A stretch of DNA of 64,000 nt from Okamejei kenojei (taxonomy: Eukaryota): positions 2,480,001 to 2,544,000 of the forward strand of contig CM069154.1 of NCBI GenBank assembly GCA_035221665.1, written 5' to 3'. The first letter of the stretch is position 1, and every line of letters begins with the position of its first letter. The notes beneath the pieces were generated by a model. That model saw only the letters and a list, made by a program, of their open reading frames with translations, had not been told where the DNA came from and made no database searches. Position numbers and translations under genes: made by a program. Positions 46,757 to 62,200 of the stretch are shown piece after piece.

Positions 46757-48859
46757 AACCTCCCACTGATTCAACACAGGCCCTTCCAAGGGACAGGAGC
46801 ACGATGATTTCAGTGACTACAAAATAAAATGCTGCTCCTAAAATTGGTGTTGACCTAAGTGTGTCACATTTATAATGACAGGCATTATGGTGGTGTTGTG
46901 GTGACCTGCCCATGACCTGCCTATTGCTACTGTCCCTTCACCATGCAATTACCCAATCACAGCATCATCTCCTTCCTAAAAGAACGTCCTTTAATTCTGA
47001 GGTGTGACCTCTAGTCCTAGACTTTCCCACCAGTGGAAACATCCCCTCCACATCCACTCTATCCAAGACTTTCACTATTCTGTATGTTTCAGTGAGGTTC
47101 GCCCCCCCCCCCACCTCTCTGCCCACTCTCCCAACCTGTCCAAGTCCTCCTGTAGAGACTCCACCTATTTTTGTATCCCTTTAATACCGTGGGCACTCAT
47201 CTTCCTTAGCAGCCTCACGTGTGGCACTTTATCAAAGGCTTCCGAAGGGGAGTTCAGAACCAGGGTAACAGTTTAAGAATAAGGGGGTAGTCCATTTAGG
47301 ACTGACATGAGGAAAAAAAATCACCCAGAGAGTTGTGAATTTGTGGAATTCTCTGCCACGGAAGGCAGTGCAGGCCACTTCACTGGATGTTTTCAGGAGA
47401 GAGTTAGATTTAGCTCTTAGGGCTAACGGAATCAAGGGATAAGAGCAAAAAGCAGGAACGGGGTACTGATTTTGGATGATCAGCCATGATCATATTGAAT
47501 GGCGGTGCATGCTTGAAGGACTGAATGCCCTGCTCCTCCGCCTATTTTCCATGTTTCTATGTTTCTGTGACTCGCTGGAGCCACAACGAGGATGTGTGGG
47601 GCACGTTGTCAACTGTCGGGACATCTTTGATGACCACAATCTCGTTAGTAATTAACGGCGGCTGACTAGCAACCACACAGAGACAAGTCTGGGCACCACT
47701 CTGTGAACGACAATGTTTGCTTGACACCAGTTTGTATTGGGGTGGCACAGTGGTAGCATAGCTGTAGAGTTACTGCCTCACAATGCCAGAGACCCGGGTT
47801 CGATCCTGACTACGGGTGCTGCCATTAAAGTTTTTGCATGTTCTCCCCATGACAATGGCCAGACCCTTTTCATCAGAAGAGAAATACCAATTACCACAGG
47901 ACATCAGACAGACAGTTCGAGTAGATCATCAGAACAATTTTCCCAGGGTGGGAATGTAAAGGACTAGAGGGCAGAGCTTTAAGGTGAGAGGGGCAAAGTT
48001 TAAATAAGATGTGGGGGGCAAGTTTTTTTTACACGGAGAGTGGTGGGGGCCTGCAACGCACTGCCAGGGGTGGTGGTGGAGACAGATACGATAGTCGTGT
48101 TTAAGAGGCTTTTAGATTGGCACATTGACATGTAGGGAATGGAGGGATACGGATCACGTGCAGGCAGAGGAGATTAGTTTAACCTGTCTGCAGGTGAATG
48201 GTGGAATCTGGGAGAAATTGAAAACCATATAGGGAGAATAAAGTTGGATTAGATTAGTGTACGATTTGTGTAAATGGATGGCTGATGGATGGCATGAACA
48301 CAAAGGGTCTGTGTCTCTCTGAAAACAAGATTGTGCAAAAGCTTGAAAGGTAAGTAACTGCACGTGACTGTGACATTCATACTGATGTGTTCCTTCCCTC
48401 TGGAAGGCGACACCGGACTGTCGAAGCTCAACATCTTTTTTTCCATGAGCAGTAGCTCTACTCAACAACCAGAAATCTGTAGCCTCCTTGTGCTCTGGTA
48501 TTTTATGTCATTCTTCACATGTTGAAATTGTAATGTTTCATTCCTAATTGTTAACTGTATATCGTGTTGTTACTTGCGAGCAAAGCACCGAGTCAAATTC
48601 TTGTATGTATACATACTTGGCTAATACCACTTATTCAATTCAATTCATAGCAACAGAAATTGCTGACTTTAATTAATAAACTGTTTATCAGGATGAGGGG
48701 AATTTTGAAGGATGAGGGGGTGGGGACCTCATTGAAACTTACCGAATAGTTAAAGGCCTGGGCAGAGTGGATGTGGAGAGGATGTTGCCATTATTTACGG
48801 AGTCCAGGACCAGAGGGCACAGCATCAGAATAAAGGTAAGTACCTTTAGGAAGGAGAGG

Positions 48860-49740
48860 TGACCTGGACAGGTTGAGTGAGTGGGCAGATGCGTGGCAGA
48901 TGCAGTATAATATAGATAAATGTGAGGTTATTCACTTTGGCGGCAAAAAAGGGGGCAGATTATTATCTCAATGGGGTTAGGTTAGGTAAGGGGGAGGTAC
49001 AGCGAGACCTGGGTGTCCTTGTACACTGGTCACTGAAAGTTGGCGTGCAGGTAGAGCAGGAAGTGAAGAAAGCTAATGGAATGTTGGCCTTCATAACAAG
49101 AGGATTTCAGTATAGGAGTAAAGAGGTTCTTCAGCATTTATATAGGGCTCTGGTGAGACCACATCTGGAGTATTGTGTACAGTTTTGGTTTCCTAATTTG
49201 AGGAAGGACATCCTTGTGATTGAGGCAGTGCAGCGTAGGTTCACGAGATTGACCCCTGGGATGGCGGGACTGTCATATGAGGAAAGATTGAAAAGACTAG
49301 GCTTGTATTCACTTGAGTTTAGAAGGATGACGGGGGGATCTTATAGAAACATGTAAAATTATAAAAGGACTGGACAAGCTAGATGCAGGAAAAATGTTCC
49401 CAATGTTGGGCGAATCCAGAACCAGGGGCTACTCTTAGAATAAAGAAGAAGCCATTTACGATTGAGGTGAGAAAAAACTTTTTCAACCCAGAGAGTTGTG
49501 AATTTGTGGTATTCCCTGCCACAGAGGGCAGTGAGGGCAAGTCACTGGATTGATTTAAGAGAGAATTAGATAGAGCTCTAGGGGCTAGTGGAATCAAGGG
49601 ATATGGGGAGAAGGCAGGCACGGGTTATTGATTGGGGACGATCAGCCATGATCACAATGAAACGTGGTGCTGGCTCGAAGGACCGAATGGCCTCCTCCTG
49701 CACCTATTTTCTATGTTTCTATGTTACTATGTTTCTATGA
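48860..49740 (+). mobile_element. CR1 LINE 3' fragment (duplicate)
   Basis: ORF 48922-49356 encodes the same CR1 RT C-terminal peptide. Confidence 0.88.
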
Positions 49741-52700
49741 GATGAGGAGGAATTTCCTTAGGGTTAGGGTGGTGAATCTGTGGAATTCATTGCCACAGAC
49801 GGCCGTGGAGGCCAAGTCATTGGGTATTTTTAAAGTGGAAATTGACAGATTCTTGATTAGTACAGATGTCAGAGGTTATGGGCAGAAGGCAGGAGAATGG
49901 GGTTGAGAGGGAGAGACAGATCAGCCATGATTGAATGACGGAGTACACTTGATGGGGCAAATGGCCTAATTCTGATCCTGGAACTGATGTACATGAACTG
50001 ACACAAATTACGTTGTTATATGCTTGAAATTATGACTTTATTTTATTGTTTTATCAGTAACAATTATCTTTGTGATGGACAATCGATGGTGGAAGTCCCA
50101 AGTTGTTTGGCAAGCGCAGTCTGCAACAGAAAGATCATCATTAGATTTCTCAAAACCAGGAAGGATGTCTACACATCAGATCAAAAAAATATCTATAGTA
50201 TGTCTTTTTTTAAAAGTTTCTAGTTTAGTTTAGTTTATTATTGTCACGTGTACCGAGGCGCAGTGAAAAGTTTTTTTGTTTGCGTGCTATCCTGTCAGCG
50301 GAAAGACTACACATGATTACAGTCGAGCCGCCCACAGTGTACAGATAGATGAAGGGGTTAACGTTCAGTGCGAGGTAAAGTCCAGTAAAGTCCGATCAGA
50401 GATAGTCCAAAGAGTGATGGGGCTACACAGAAGGGAGACAGGCCATTCAGTGCATACCTGACCCTCACTCATTTCCCCAACATTCCCATCAGTTCTCCCC
50501 AGATTCCATCCCTCACCTACCCACGAGGGCAATTTACAGAGGGCCTGTCAACCTACAACCCTGCGCGACTTTGGGAGGAAACCGGAGCTCCTGGAGAAAA
50601 ATCCACACGGTCATGGGGAGAACGTGCAAACTCCGTCACCCAGAGAGTTGTGAATCTGTGGAATTCCCTGCCACAGAAGGCAGTGGAGGCCAATTCACTG
50701 GATGCTTTCAAGAGAGAGTTGGATATAGCTTTTAGGGCCAGGAGTGCAGTGCTGCCGGAGGGCACCCCTGTAAAAAACAAACAAAATAATGGGGAATTTT
50801 AATGAGCAGGTGTGTGGGTGAGGTAACCTCATTAAAAGAGGGGGAAGGGGAAGACCCATCACTACTGATGGGTTTTCAATCACTACTGATGGATCTTCCC
50901 TATAGGAGTGTGGGTTTGGGGGGGCACTAGGACCCAGCAGAGTCATCATTACTGATGGGTCTTCCCTATAGCGTAGGGAGAGGGGGGGTGCACTAGGACC
51001 CAGCAGAGTCATCACCACTGATGGGTCTTCCCTATAGGGGAGTGGGGGGGTGAGGCACTAGGACCCAGCACAGTCATCATTACTGATGGGTCTTCCCTAT
51101 AGGGGGGTTTGGGGGGGGGGGGGGGGCACTAGGACCCAGCACAGTCATCATTACTGATGGGTCTTCCCTATAGGGGGGTTGGGAGGGGCACTAGGACCCA
51201 GCAGAGACGAACCACGTGCTGTCTGCTTCGTGGCGGTTAGTTGTGGGCCTCGTGATGTGCCTGGACCTCTGGTGAGGTGAGTGTCGGCTCCGGCCGCTGG
51301 TGGCCGCTGGGGAGGGGAGGCGACGGTCGGCGGAGTCGCTGGCGGAGGCCCGTAGATAGAGATACGTGTCGGCGGCAGCAGCATCGATGGCCGGGGAGGC
51401 AGTGGGTTTTGTTGCTGCTCCTGGCGGTGGCCATTTCCGCCTCATGAGGGTGAGCGCGTCGATGTAGCAACGCTACAAAACTTTGAGATTTAAAAAATCA
51501 AGTCTGCAATTTATCCCATCAGATAAAGCATAAAAATAAGTTTAATTTGACACCTAATTCACTTTCATATCTTCAATATTAAAAAAGTTATGGCCATTTT
51601 CATACTCTGAAATTAGCATCTTGTTCCCTATTGCTTTTCCATTAACTTAACACAAAAGCTGTGATCAAGGACAGTTAAAAGCCCATAACTTTTTTTTTTA
51701 AATTAAGAGAACTGAATGAAAATTTCAGTATTTATAGATTGAAGCATTCTGAAACAAATATGAAACAATCTTACTTGAATGACCTGAAATTAAAACATAT
51801 AATTAGTTAGTTACCTAATTGTAGCTAATTACAAAATTCAATTACTAGACCTAAACATCTATCCATTTCTTAAGAAAAGGTTAACATTTTTAAAAAGTGT
51901 CCAAATAACATTCACACAGGAATTCATAATATAATATGATTTTTAAATCTCATTGTCATGAATTTATAGGCTAAATTGAAGGAATTTAGTGTTTAATTCC
52001 CGTAAATTAATGGCCATTTAAATCATCTTGCGAGTGGGTTTTTGTGGAACGTGAAGGATTGGAACGTTGCGGTTTTGTGGTGAATTTAACCCCCAGTCGG
52101 CAGGAAAAATACTGACGGTTCGTATATTTTTAAAGTCACCTTTTCGCAACACGAAATTTTGATTAAAGGCTTCCTAAGAAGCACGTGTTTATGTAAAAAT
52201 AAAGTGTGTACCTTCTTTTGTCCCCTACGTAAGATCCGTCCGTTGTCGGCGTTGACGGCTTTAGAAGATGATTTTTAATTCACTCTAGCTATTAAATTAT
52301 TCAGCGCAGTTTAAAAATACCTTCATAAAACAAATGTCGGAGCAATTTCTCTTCAGCAACTAAATCCCCTGAGATTAATCGATTTAAATAGTCTGGAGTA
52401 AATGACATTTTTAGAAAGAACTGCAGCGCCGCTGAAGGTAGGTTTTATAACATACCTAGTCAGTGTGTGTCAGTGGGTGAGAGTGTGTGTGTGGGCCGAA
52501 TAGACTACTCCCGCACCTATTTTTTTCTAATTCCACACATGGACAGCTCCAGTAGTCAGGATTGAACCCGTGTCTCTGGAGCTGCGAGGCAGCGGCTTGA
52601 CCCGCTGCACGGCTACATTCTCTGGAGCATTTTCTGGAATGGTCGCCTGTTTCCTGGCCTGTTTGTTCCCTTGCCCACAGCCACCACCACAGTCTTCACC

Positions 52701-53201
52701 CAGAGAGGAGGTGGCACGGTGGCGCAGCGGTAGACATACCACTTACATGTCTTACAGCACCATAGGCCCGGGTTCCATCCTGACCTCGGGTGCTGTCTGT
52801 ACAGAGTTTGCACGTTCTCGCTGTGACTGCGTGGTTTTTCTCCGGCTGCTCCGGTTTCCTCCCACATTCCAAAATCATACAGGGTTGTCGGTTAATTGGC
52901 TTCTGTAATTTGTAAACTGTCCCTAGTGTGTTGGATAGTGCTAGTGATCGCTAGTCGGTGTGCTCGATGGGCCGAAAGGCCTGTTTTCGCGCTGTTTCTC
53001 TATAGACTAGAGGTGAAAATACTATGACCAATGAATGTTTAGGGTGGCCAGTCACATACTACTCTTGTGTTTCTTACCCCACGAGCATTAGGGTCAAGTA
53101 GGGTCAGTATGGACTTGTTGTGCTGAAGGGCTGGTTCGGAGATGTATGACACGATGCCTAGTATTGAGTGTGAGGTAGGTAAGCAGTCTCACCTTCTGCC
53201 A

Positions 53202-56200
53202 TTAAGGCCAGTTGCAGCATTTACAGGATGAATCAAAGACTAATCCTGCGGCACAGCTCTTCAGGTAGGTCCGACCATCATCGCACTGGTAGAACTTGCT
53301 CTTGTCCTTGGGATCGGGGAAGGTACCGTTCGCTTTGCCCTTACAGAAGCCACTGCCTCCACCACTGCTGCCTCCACCACCGCTGCCTCCACCGCCGCTA
53401 GGAGCATCAGTAGGTGGGACCGCCGGCCTCAATGTTGTCTTGGATGGGACGCAAGCTGCAAAGAAACACAGTTCGTTATGTTCTCCTAAAGTCTTAGAAG
53501 AATTAGACGATTTGGCCCATTGACTTACTCCACCATTCAATCATGGTTGATCTATCCCTCCCTCTCAACCCCATTCTCCTGCCTTCTCCCCATAAACCCT
53601 GACACCCAAACTAATCAAGAATCTGTCGATCACCGCCTTAGAAATACCTGTTGACTTGGCTTCCGTATCCGTCTTAGTTCATGTAGAAACAAGAAACCAC
53701 AGATGCAGGTCTACAAAGTGTGAATATCCCAGTCAATGGGATAATGCCCCTGAACCCCCCACTCATCAACTCCAGAGGGGTCCTGACCTGACATCTACCC
53801 CAGATGCTGGTCTATAAAAAGAGACACAATGAGCTGGAGTAACTCAGTTGCTTGTTCCCTATACCCACCACCCTCTGTGTGGAAAACGTAGCTATCATAC
53901 CTAGTCCTACCACTATCTGCCTCCACCACCACCCCCTGGTAGCGCGTTCCAGGCACCCACCACCCTCTGTGTGAAAGACGTGTCCTGCACATCTCCATTA
54001 CCTCCAGAGATGCCAAGGCCTGAGTGCAGAGTGTTGATGAGAGGGTAGGGTCCCTGATGACAGAAGGCACCAGAGAAGTCATCCAGAGCCAGATCCCAGA
54101 CCATAGCTCCTCCAAAGTTGTTCTTCTTCAGCCACTCAACCTGGAAGACACAGTTCACAACTTTACACCAGCATCCCTGGCTCAATAATGGCTTCTACGA
54201 TGCGCCGTAGAAAGCTTTTTATCGGGATTCATCACAGCACGGTTTGGGAATGGCTCCATCCAAAACCCGCAGGAAATTGCAGCAAGTTGCTGACGCAGCC
54301 CAGACCATCACGTAAACCAACCTCCCTTCCATTGACTCCGTCTACACCTCGCACTGCCTCAGCAAGGCCACCAGCATAATCGAGGACCAGTCTCACCCCA
54401 GCACCAGAGAAATAAAAACAGAAATTCCAAGTTTCCCCGATGTGAATCCTAACCCCTTTCTCCTGCCTTCTCCCCATAACCCCTGACACCTGAACACCAT
54501 GAGTTTATGGTGAGCTGGAAATATTTTGCAGAATGTAATGACAAAAGATTCTAAGGATTTTGAAGCATAATTCTGGAGTTCACTGTTTGAAACTCTGCAG
54601 TAGATATTGAGATAAACGAGACCCTGATGGCTCACGTGGAAAGGGTGGAACTTCGATGGTCAGATGTACCTTGTCTCCGAAGCTCTTGATGTTGTCATAG
54701 CCGACCCATATTCCATCCTTGAAGGCGTACGGGGTGTCCTGAGGGGCGTTCCATACGGCGGTGGCACCGTTCAGGAACCCGCAGATCTGTCCAGAGACGG
54801 AGATGTTAAGGACCAATCTTGTCGAGGTGGAAAAAAATCATGAGAGGAACCGATCAGGTAGATGCAAAGTGTCTCTTGCCCAGGGTCAGGGAATCGAGAA
54901 CCAGAGGACATAAGGTGAGGGAGAAAGATTTAATAGGAACGGTGCTGGTTCGAAGGGCCGAATGGCCAACTCCTGCATCTATTGTCTATTAAACCTGAGG
55001 GGTAACCATTTGACACCGTGGATGGTGATAGTGACAAAGGCTGGAGGGGAACAGAAGACAAAGTAGTGTCAGATACTGAGCGGAGAGGAGCAGATGTAGA
55101 GAGATGCGCAAAGCGAGTAGGAAAGAGGAGAGAGATATGTGAAGAGAAGAGAGAAAGACATGAAAGAGGATAGGAGAGAAAGATATATAAAGACAGGAAA
55201 GAGAGATATGTCCAGAAAGTGGAGGAGAGAGATGTAAAGCGGGAGGGAGGGATGTGGAGAGGAGGAGATAGCGGGGAGGGCAAAGATTAAGGGGAGGATA
55301 GAAGGGAAGTGGGGATTTCTGAGAGGAGAGGAGGGGAACGGAGAACGGGCGGGTGATGTTTCGGATGGAGATCCTTCCTCATGTGTCCATCTATGTTGTG
55401 TGTGGTTATTCAGTATTGGATTGGAAGATAACATTGAGCAAAGGGCCGCGCGGTTGGAATGGTCGGTAGGTACAGTACCTCATAGTAGGCCAGGAAGCCG
55501 GCTTGGCGGGTGTATTTGCCGGCTGGTCCAGCGCCTCCTGCTGGGGCACCCACAGCCGTGCTGGACGAGGTCAGTCTGAAGGTGTGTCCATAGGTGGGGA
55601 AGCCCACATTCAACTTGTCCACTGGAGCCCCCTTGCTCTTCCAGTAGTTCATGGCGTATTCCTGCAGGGACACAGTTGGCATCAAAGGACTTTAGGCTCA
55701 TGTTTAAGTTTATTATTGTCACGTGTACCGAGGCACAGTGAAAAGCTTCCAAACAGATCAGATAATACCGTACATAAATACAATCAAATCAAACTCGGGT
55801 ACAATAGGTGGAGCAAAGGGGGAGATACAGAGAGCAGAATATAGTTCTCAGCATCGTAGCGCATCAGTTCCACAGACAAAGCCCAATGTCCGCAATGGGG
55901 TAGAGGTGAATCGGACAGTACCCTAGCTTATGGAAGGGCCGTTCAGAAGCCTGATAGCAGAGGGGAAGGAGCTGTTCCTGAGTCTGGTGGTGCGCGCTTT
56001 CAAGCTGCTGCACCTTCTGCTAGACAGGACCAGGGAGAAGGAGGAATGATCGGGGTGGGACAAGTCTTTGATTCTGTTGGCTGCTTTTCTGAGGCAGCGT
56101 GAAGTGTAGATGGAGTCAATGGTGGGGAGTGTGGTCTGTGTGATGGACTGGGCTCCATCCACAACTCTCTGCAATTTCTTGTGGTCTTGGGCTCAGAGCT

Positions 56201-59200
56201 GTTCCCAAACCTAGTTGTGATGCAACCCCACAGTCTGCTCTCCGTGGTGTATGGAACAGTTATATGGACTCGGCAAAATGGGTTTGCCAATTCGGAGAGA
56301 GGAAATGAAAAAGTTGAGCAGGATTAATTTTTCTTGTGCACTTACCACATTGAAGTGGGTGTTGGTGTAATCCTTGTCATTAGGCAGGGCATAGAGGGGG
56401 CTGTTCTCTCCAGTAACGTGGCTCCAGGGACCATAGAAATCGTAGGTCATCACGTTGAAGAAGTCAACTATCCTGCAAGAGAGGAGACCGGGCTCACCCT
56501 GATACTCCATGCACCAAATTAACATCAGAACCCAGAGCAGTACAACACGTGAACAGGCCCTTCTACCCACAATGTCTATGCAAAACATGACGGCAAGATA
56601 AACTCATCTCCTCTGTCTGCACGTGATCCCTCCATTCCCTGCCTATCTACGCGTCTATCCACAAGCCTCTTAAACACCACTATCGTATCTGCTTCCACCA
56701 CCACTCCTGGCAGTGCGTTCCAGGCACCCACCACCCTCTCTGTAAAAAAACATTCACATCTCCTTTAAACTTGAACATGATGCCAAGTCCATCACTTATC
56801 TACCTGCACATCACCAACATCCCTCCATGCCCGGCATTATCATGTGCCCATCTAAAGGTCGTTTACATGCACTCTACTTCAACCACCACCCCAGCAGGTT
56901 CTGACTGTCTACCCTATCTATGCCTCTAGTGATTTTATAAACTTCTATCAAGCCTCTCTTCAACCTCTGACGTTCCAGAGGAAACAATGCAAGTTTGGCC
57001 AACCTCTCCCTGTAGTGAATCCCCTCTAACCCAGGCAGCCTTCTGATAAATCTCCTCTCCAAAGCCTCCACGTCCTTCCTGTAATGGAGACGACCAGACC
57101 TGCATGCAATGCTCTAAATGCCTCCTGGCTAAAGACCGCCAGAGCTGCAAGTTGGCTTCCTGACTCTCACACTCAATGCCCCGAACGGTGAAGGCATTGA
57201 ATGCATTAGGGTTGTGGATGGATCTCAATCAACGTGAAATTCTGGAGCGATGAAAAACTAGTTCAAATATAACGTAAAACTCACTAAACTCCCGAGATGA
57301 AAGCCCAAAGAAAAAGTTGGGTTTCTTTGCGTGTGGAAGGACACTCACTTGCCGAGCTGAGGAACCTCGTAGCCAGTATCAATGTTGCTCATCCCACCAG
57401 CAACGGCAGCTGAGAGCAGCAGTCGTGGCTGTCCTGTGCTTTTTCCCTCGGCCTCGAACGCAGCCATCAGCTCCTGTGGGTCAGAGAGATCGAGGACTCC
57501 TTTACCAAGAGGTCAAGTCTAGTCTTAGGAAGGGTCCCGACCCGAAACGTCATCTATACCTTTTCCCCAGAGATGCTGCCTGACCCGCAGTGTTACTCCA
57601 ACACTTTGTGTCAATTTCAAGTTTGGTTTGGTTTAGTAATGCAGCGTGGAAACAGGCCCTTCGGCCCATCGAGTCCACGCCGACCAGCGATTACCCTTTC
57701 ACTCTAGTTATATCCTACATTCTTGGGACAATTTACTGAAGCCAATTAACCTACAAACCCACACATATTTGGAGTGCGGAAGGAAACCAGGGCGCCTGAG
57801 GTCATGGGGTGAACGTACAAACTCCGTACAGACAGCATCCATGTTCAGGATCGAACCCGCGTCTCTGGCGCTGCGAGGCAGCAACTCTACCCCTGCACCA
57901 CCGTATCGCCCAAGAGTGGGGACGAAACCTTTTAATCCCCACTCAAAATGGTGCTTGGATCAAATTTTATTAAATTCTTAATTTCTGAATTCTTAAATTC
58001 CTTTGTGTAATCTGTGAAAATCTGTCCTTGGTGATCTTTACAACAAGGTTACATTTATTGGACAAATTTGCAAGTCATAGAGCTATGCAGCGTGGCAACA
58101 GACCCTTTGACCTGCCCACACTGACCAATATGTCCCATCTACACTAGTCCCACAAAGTGCTGGAGTAACTCAGCGGGTCAGGCAGCATCTCTGGAGAACA
58201 TGGATAGGTGACGTTTCACAGAGTGCTGGAGTAACTCAGTGGGTCAGGCAGCATCTGTGGAGAACATGGATAGGTGACGTTTCACAGAGTGCTGGAGTAA
58301 CTCAGCGGGTCAGGCAGCATCTGTGGAGAACATGGATAGGTGACATTTCACCGAGTGCTGGAGTAACTCAGTGGGTCAGGCAGCATCTGTGGAGAACATG
58401 GATAGGTGACGTTTCACAGAGTGTTGGAGTAACTCAGCGGGTCAGGCAGCATCTGTGGAGATAAAGCCTGAGTTTGGCCCATTTTGTTTAACGAAACCCA
58501 TAGTGAGATGTACTTGACCGCACCTGAGCCAGAACAGTGTAGAGATGCTTGTCAACGGGAGGACTTCCTCGAGATCCAGGATATTCCCAGTCGATGTCCA
58601 GACCGTCAAAGTTGTACCCTCTCAGGAAGGCGATGACTGACTTGATGAAGATTTGCCGAGTTCCTGATGAGGCAACCATCGCGGTGAATCTGCAGGAGGG
58701 GTGAATGTGGGGAGAGGAGTTAGAAATGAAATGTGCCGGAGACACAAGGAAAGGCCGCTGTACTCAGTGACCCAGTGACCCTGCTGTTATATCCTATCAT
58801 GTACAGATTCACCCACGCCTTTGTTAAATGCTCAAGTGGTTAAAAAATTACATGTGAAATTATTCTTTTTGAAAATGAAGTTTAGTTTAGTTTAGAGATA
58901 CAGCGCAGAAACAGGCCCTTCGGCCCATCCAGTCTGCACCGACCAGCGATCCCCGCACACTAACACTATCCTACACACACAAGGGACAATTTACATTTAT
59001 ACCAGGCCAATAAACCTACAAATGTGTACGTCTTTGGAGTGTGGGAGCAAACTGAAGATCTCTGAGAAAACCCAGGCGGTCACAGGGAAAACGTACCAAC
59101 TCCACACAGACAGCACCCGTAGTCAGGATCGAACCCGGGTCTCCGGTGCTGTAAGCGCTGTAAGGCAGCAACTCTACCACTGTGCCACACACTATTGAAA

Positions 59201-62200
59201 GGATTCTTTCTGAAAATTATGTTCTTTTACTTTTTGGCAAGCAATATGCTATATTGTTCAAATTACAATTTGCAAACTGTTCTGTTTAATAATACTCCTG
59301 TAACAGTTCACTGTAAAATAATCCCCTCGGTATTTATCTCTGTCGATATCATTACTAGAGCCAGGATGTTTAGGCACTAAAAAACTGAAATAGGCAGGCA
59401 AAAAGCCATAATAAAATTACAAAAAAGGCACAAAAAAAGCCATTTATTGACATAAAAAGGCATATATTTCCACCACCAAAATATGGTTAAAAATGATAAT
59501 ATAAAGTTATAGTACATTAAATGACCAAAGTTGCCTGGTTGCACACAATTACTAGCATTTTTTCAAAGGATCTGGTGTTAAACTATGCCGTCTGTCAGAC
59601 AGAATATGCTTCAGTTGTGAAAAACTTATTTCTACCCCAGCTGAGGTCACTGGTGCATACCAGAAATAAGCTACGGACTCTATATTCATGTCGATGTCTT
59701 GTGCATTGCAATTACCTTTGAGAACTTTAGCTATGTTTTGTATTTCTTCAAGATCTTTGTCAGCTAAAATCACTCTCTCACATTTTCCTTGTATGTCTTT
59801 ACCGACATCGCCAGGAACTTTACGAATATCATCAGTTGCTTTGTGGAAAACCTGCAAGTTATTCACTAATGTTTCGCCACCGTTCTCAAGGGAAGTGGTA
59901 GCTTGTGGGAAGTTTGCAAAATTGGAAGCATTAAATAGATTTTGGAGAAGACTGAACCAGCATGAACAAACTACCGACGGTGGCGCCCCCAGTTTTGCCC
60001 CGGTGGTAGAGATGTTCTTGTAATTTATACTATGTTAAACACTTTAATAATAACATTAATATTAACGTGTTAATATAGAAAACGTAATTGTAATCATGGT
60101 ACAACTAGACAAAATAGCACAACCTTTTAGCAAAATGGCAAAAAAAGGATGATTTTGGCACTCAATTGTGAAAAAGGCATAATGGCAAAATCATCAAAAA
60201 AGGCATGAAACGCCAAATGGCAAAATTACCAAACACACCCACTGTTTACGTCGGGCACATGGAACTGCAGGTGCTGGTTTACAAAAAGAAAAGACACAAA
60301 GTGCTGGAGTAACTCAGCGAGTCAGGCAGCATCTCTGGAGAACATGGATAGGTGACGATTCGGGTCGAGACCCTTCTTCAGGCTGAGGAGTTACTGAGGA
60401 GTTACTCCAGCACTTTGTGTCTTTCAATATTCATTCCATATCACAGTCAATTGGAAAATAACTCTTATTTTTTTTAATCTAATGCTAACGTAAAAAGTTT
60501 CCATCTTACTTCTGGGTGCCAAAGTTCCAGCCTCCAATGGACAGCAGAGTCTTGAGGTTTGAATTCCTTAAAAAAAGGACAAAATGTGGTTTTAGAATGA
60601 TGTTTAGAACAACAGAACATTTTCAGATCTTCTCAGGAACTTCTGGATCTTCTGTTTCCCCCCCCCCCCCCCCCCCCCATTTGGTGTTACGTTTAGTTGA
60701 GGGGATTTGCCTCAGTCTGGATCTCAAGGGGGTCACAGAAAATGAGGTACAAGTTCATGCAACAAGGCTTCACAAGCAATGGGCCAGTCTCTGTGGGCTG
60801 AAGGGCCTATTTCCTCAATCTGTGACTCAATGATTCTGTTGGCCTGTCCAATAACTTTCTCCTGAATATCCCCCTGGACCAAGTCACCTTTCAGACAGGG
60901 GAGGTGGATGAGATGAGAAAACCTTCAACAAATGGATGTGTAATAGGGTCATGTCAAAGACCCTGCTGACCATCAATCACCCGTTCACACCAGCTCTATT
61001 TCATCCCACTTTCTCATCCACTCCCTATGCACTTGGGGCAATTTGTAGAGGCCAATTAAACTAGAAACCCTTTGTAACGTGGGAGAAAACCGGTAATCTA
61101 GAGAAAACCTACACCGTCACAGGGAGAACGTGCAAACTCCACACAAACAGTGCCCGAGTTCAGGATCGAACCCAGGTCTCTGGCGCCGTGAGGCAGTGGC
61201 TCTACCCGCTGCGCCACTGTGCCGACCGATACGTATAACAGATGGATTCTTGCCACATACTCTTCAAAACGACTTGTTCACTTAGGTCGACCATCGACCG
61301 AAAGAGTTTGAAATGGAATGTTCATTAAACACTGGATGTCCCTTCGCTTACAGCAAGGACCGGGGAATTCATGGTTAAATTTAACCCAATCAGACCCAAA
61401 TCAGCAGGATTCCACTCCACCCATTTGTCTCCACCGAGCTGTATCTCTGAGAATTTAGGCATCACCTTGGTACTTAAAGTCTAAATTATCCCACTGAACC
61501 ATCCTCTCACCAACTAGAGAGCGGTCCTGACCTCCCATCTACCTCATTGGAGACCCTCGGACTATATTTAATCAGACTTCACTGGACTTTCTCTTGCACT
61601 AAACATTATACCCGTCATCCTGTGTCTGTACACTGTGGGCCGCCTGATTGTAATCATGTACGGTCTTTCTGCCGACTAGTTAGCACGCAACAAAAAGCTT
61701 TTTGTTGTACCATGGTACACGTGACAATAATAAACTAAATTAAACTAAATTAACCGTGGAATATGGGTTATGGAATATTGGTTTGGGGAATATCCAATAC
61801 AATGACTGGTTAGCACGCAACAAAAACCTTTCACCGTACCTCAGTACAGGTGACAATAAACTAAACTGGACAATGTAAACATCGCAACAATGCCCGGCAT
61901 TTGAGAAACAAGGTTAAGCCCCTGTCCCATTTTCCCGAGTTACTCACGAATTCTCCCGAGTCTTCCCCTTGATTCAAACTCGGAGATGCCAGCTGTAGAT
62001 ACTCAGGGCTATATTTTGTACTCGTGGACATTTTTCAACATGCTGAAAAAAAACGTCCCGACTTACCTGATGCCCCCAGTACCTACGGCTGGCATTACGA
62101 GCCGCTACGAAGTATCTGTGGACCATAGGAGTCGCTACGGACATTCTCCGAGTTTGAATCACGGGGAAAACTCGGGAGAATTCGTGAGTAACTCGGGAAA

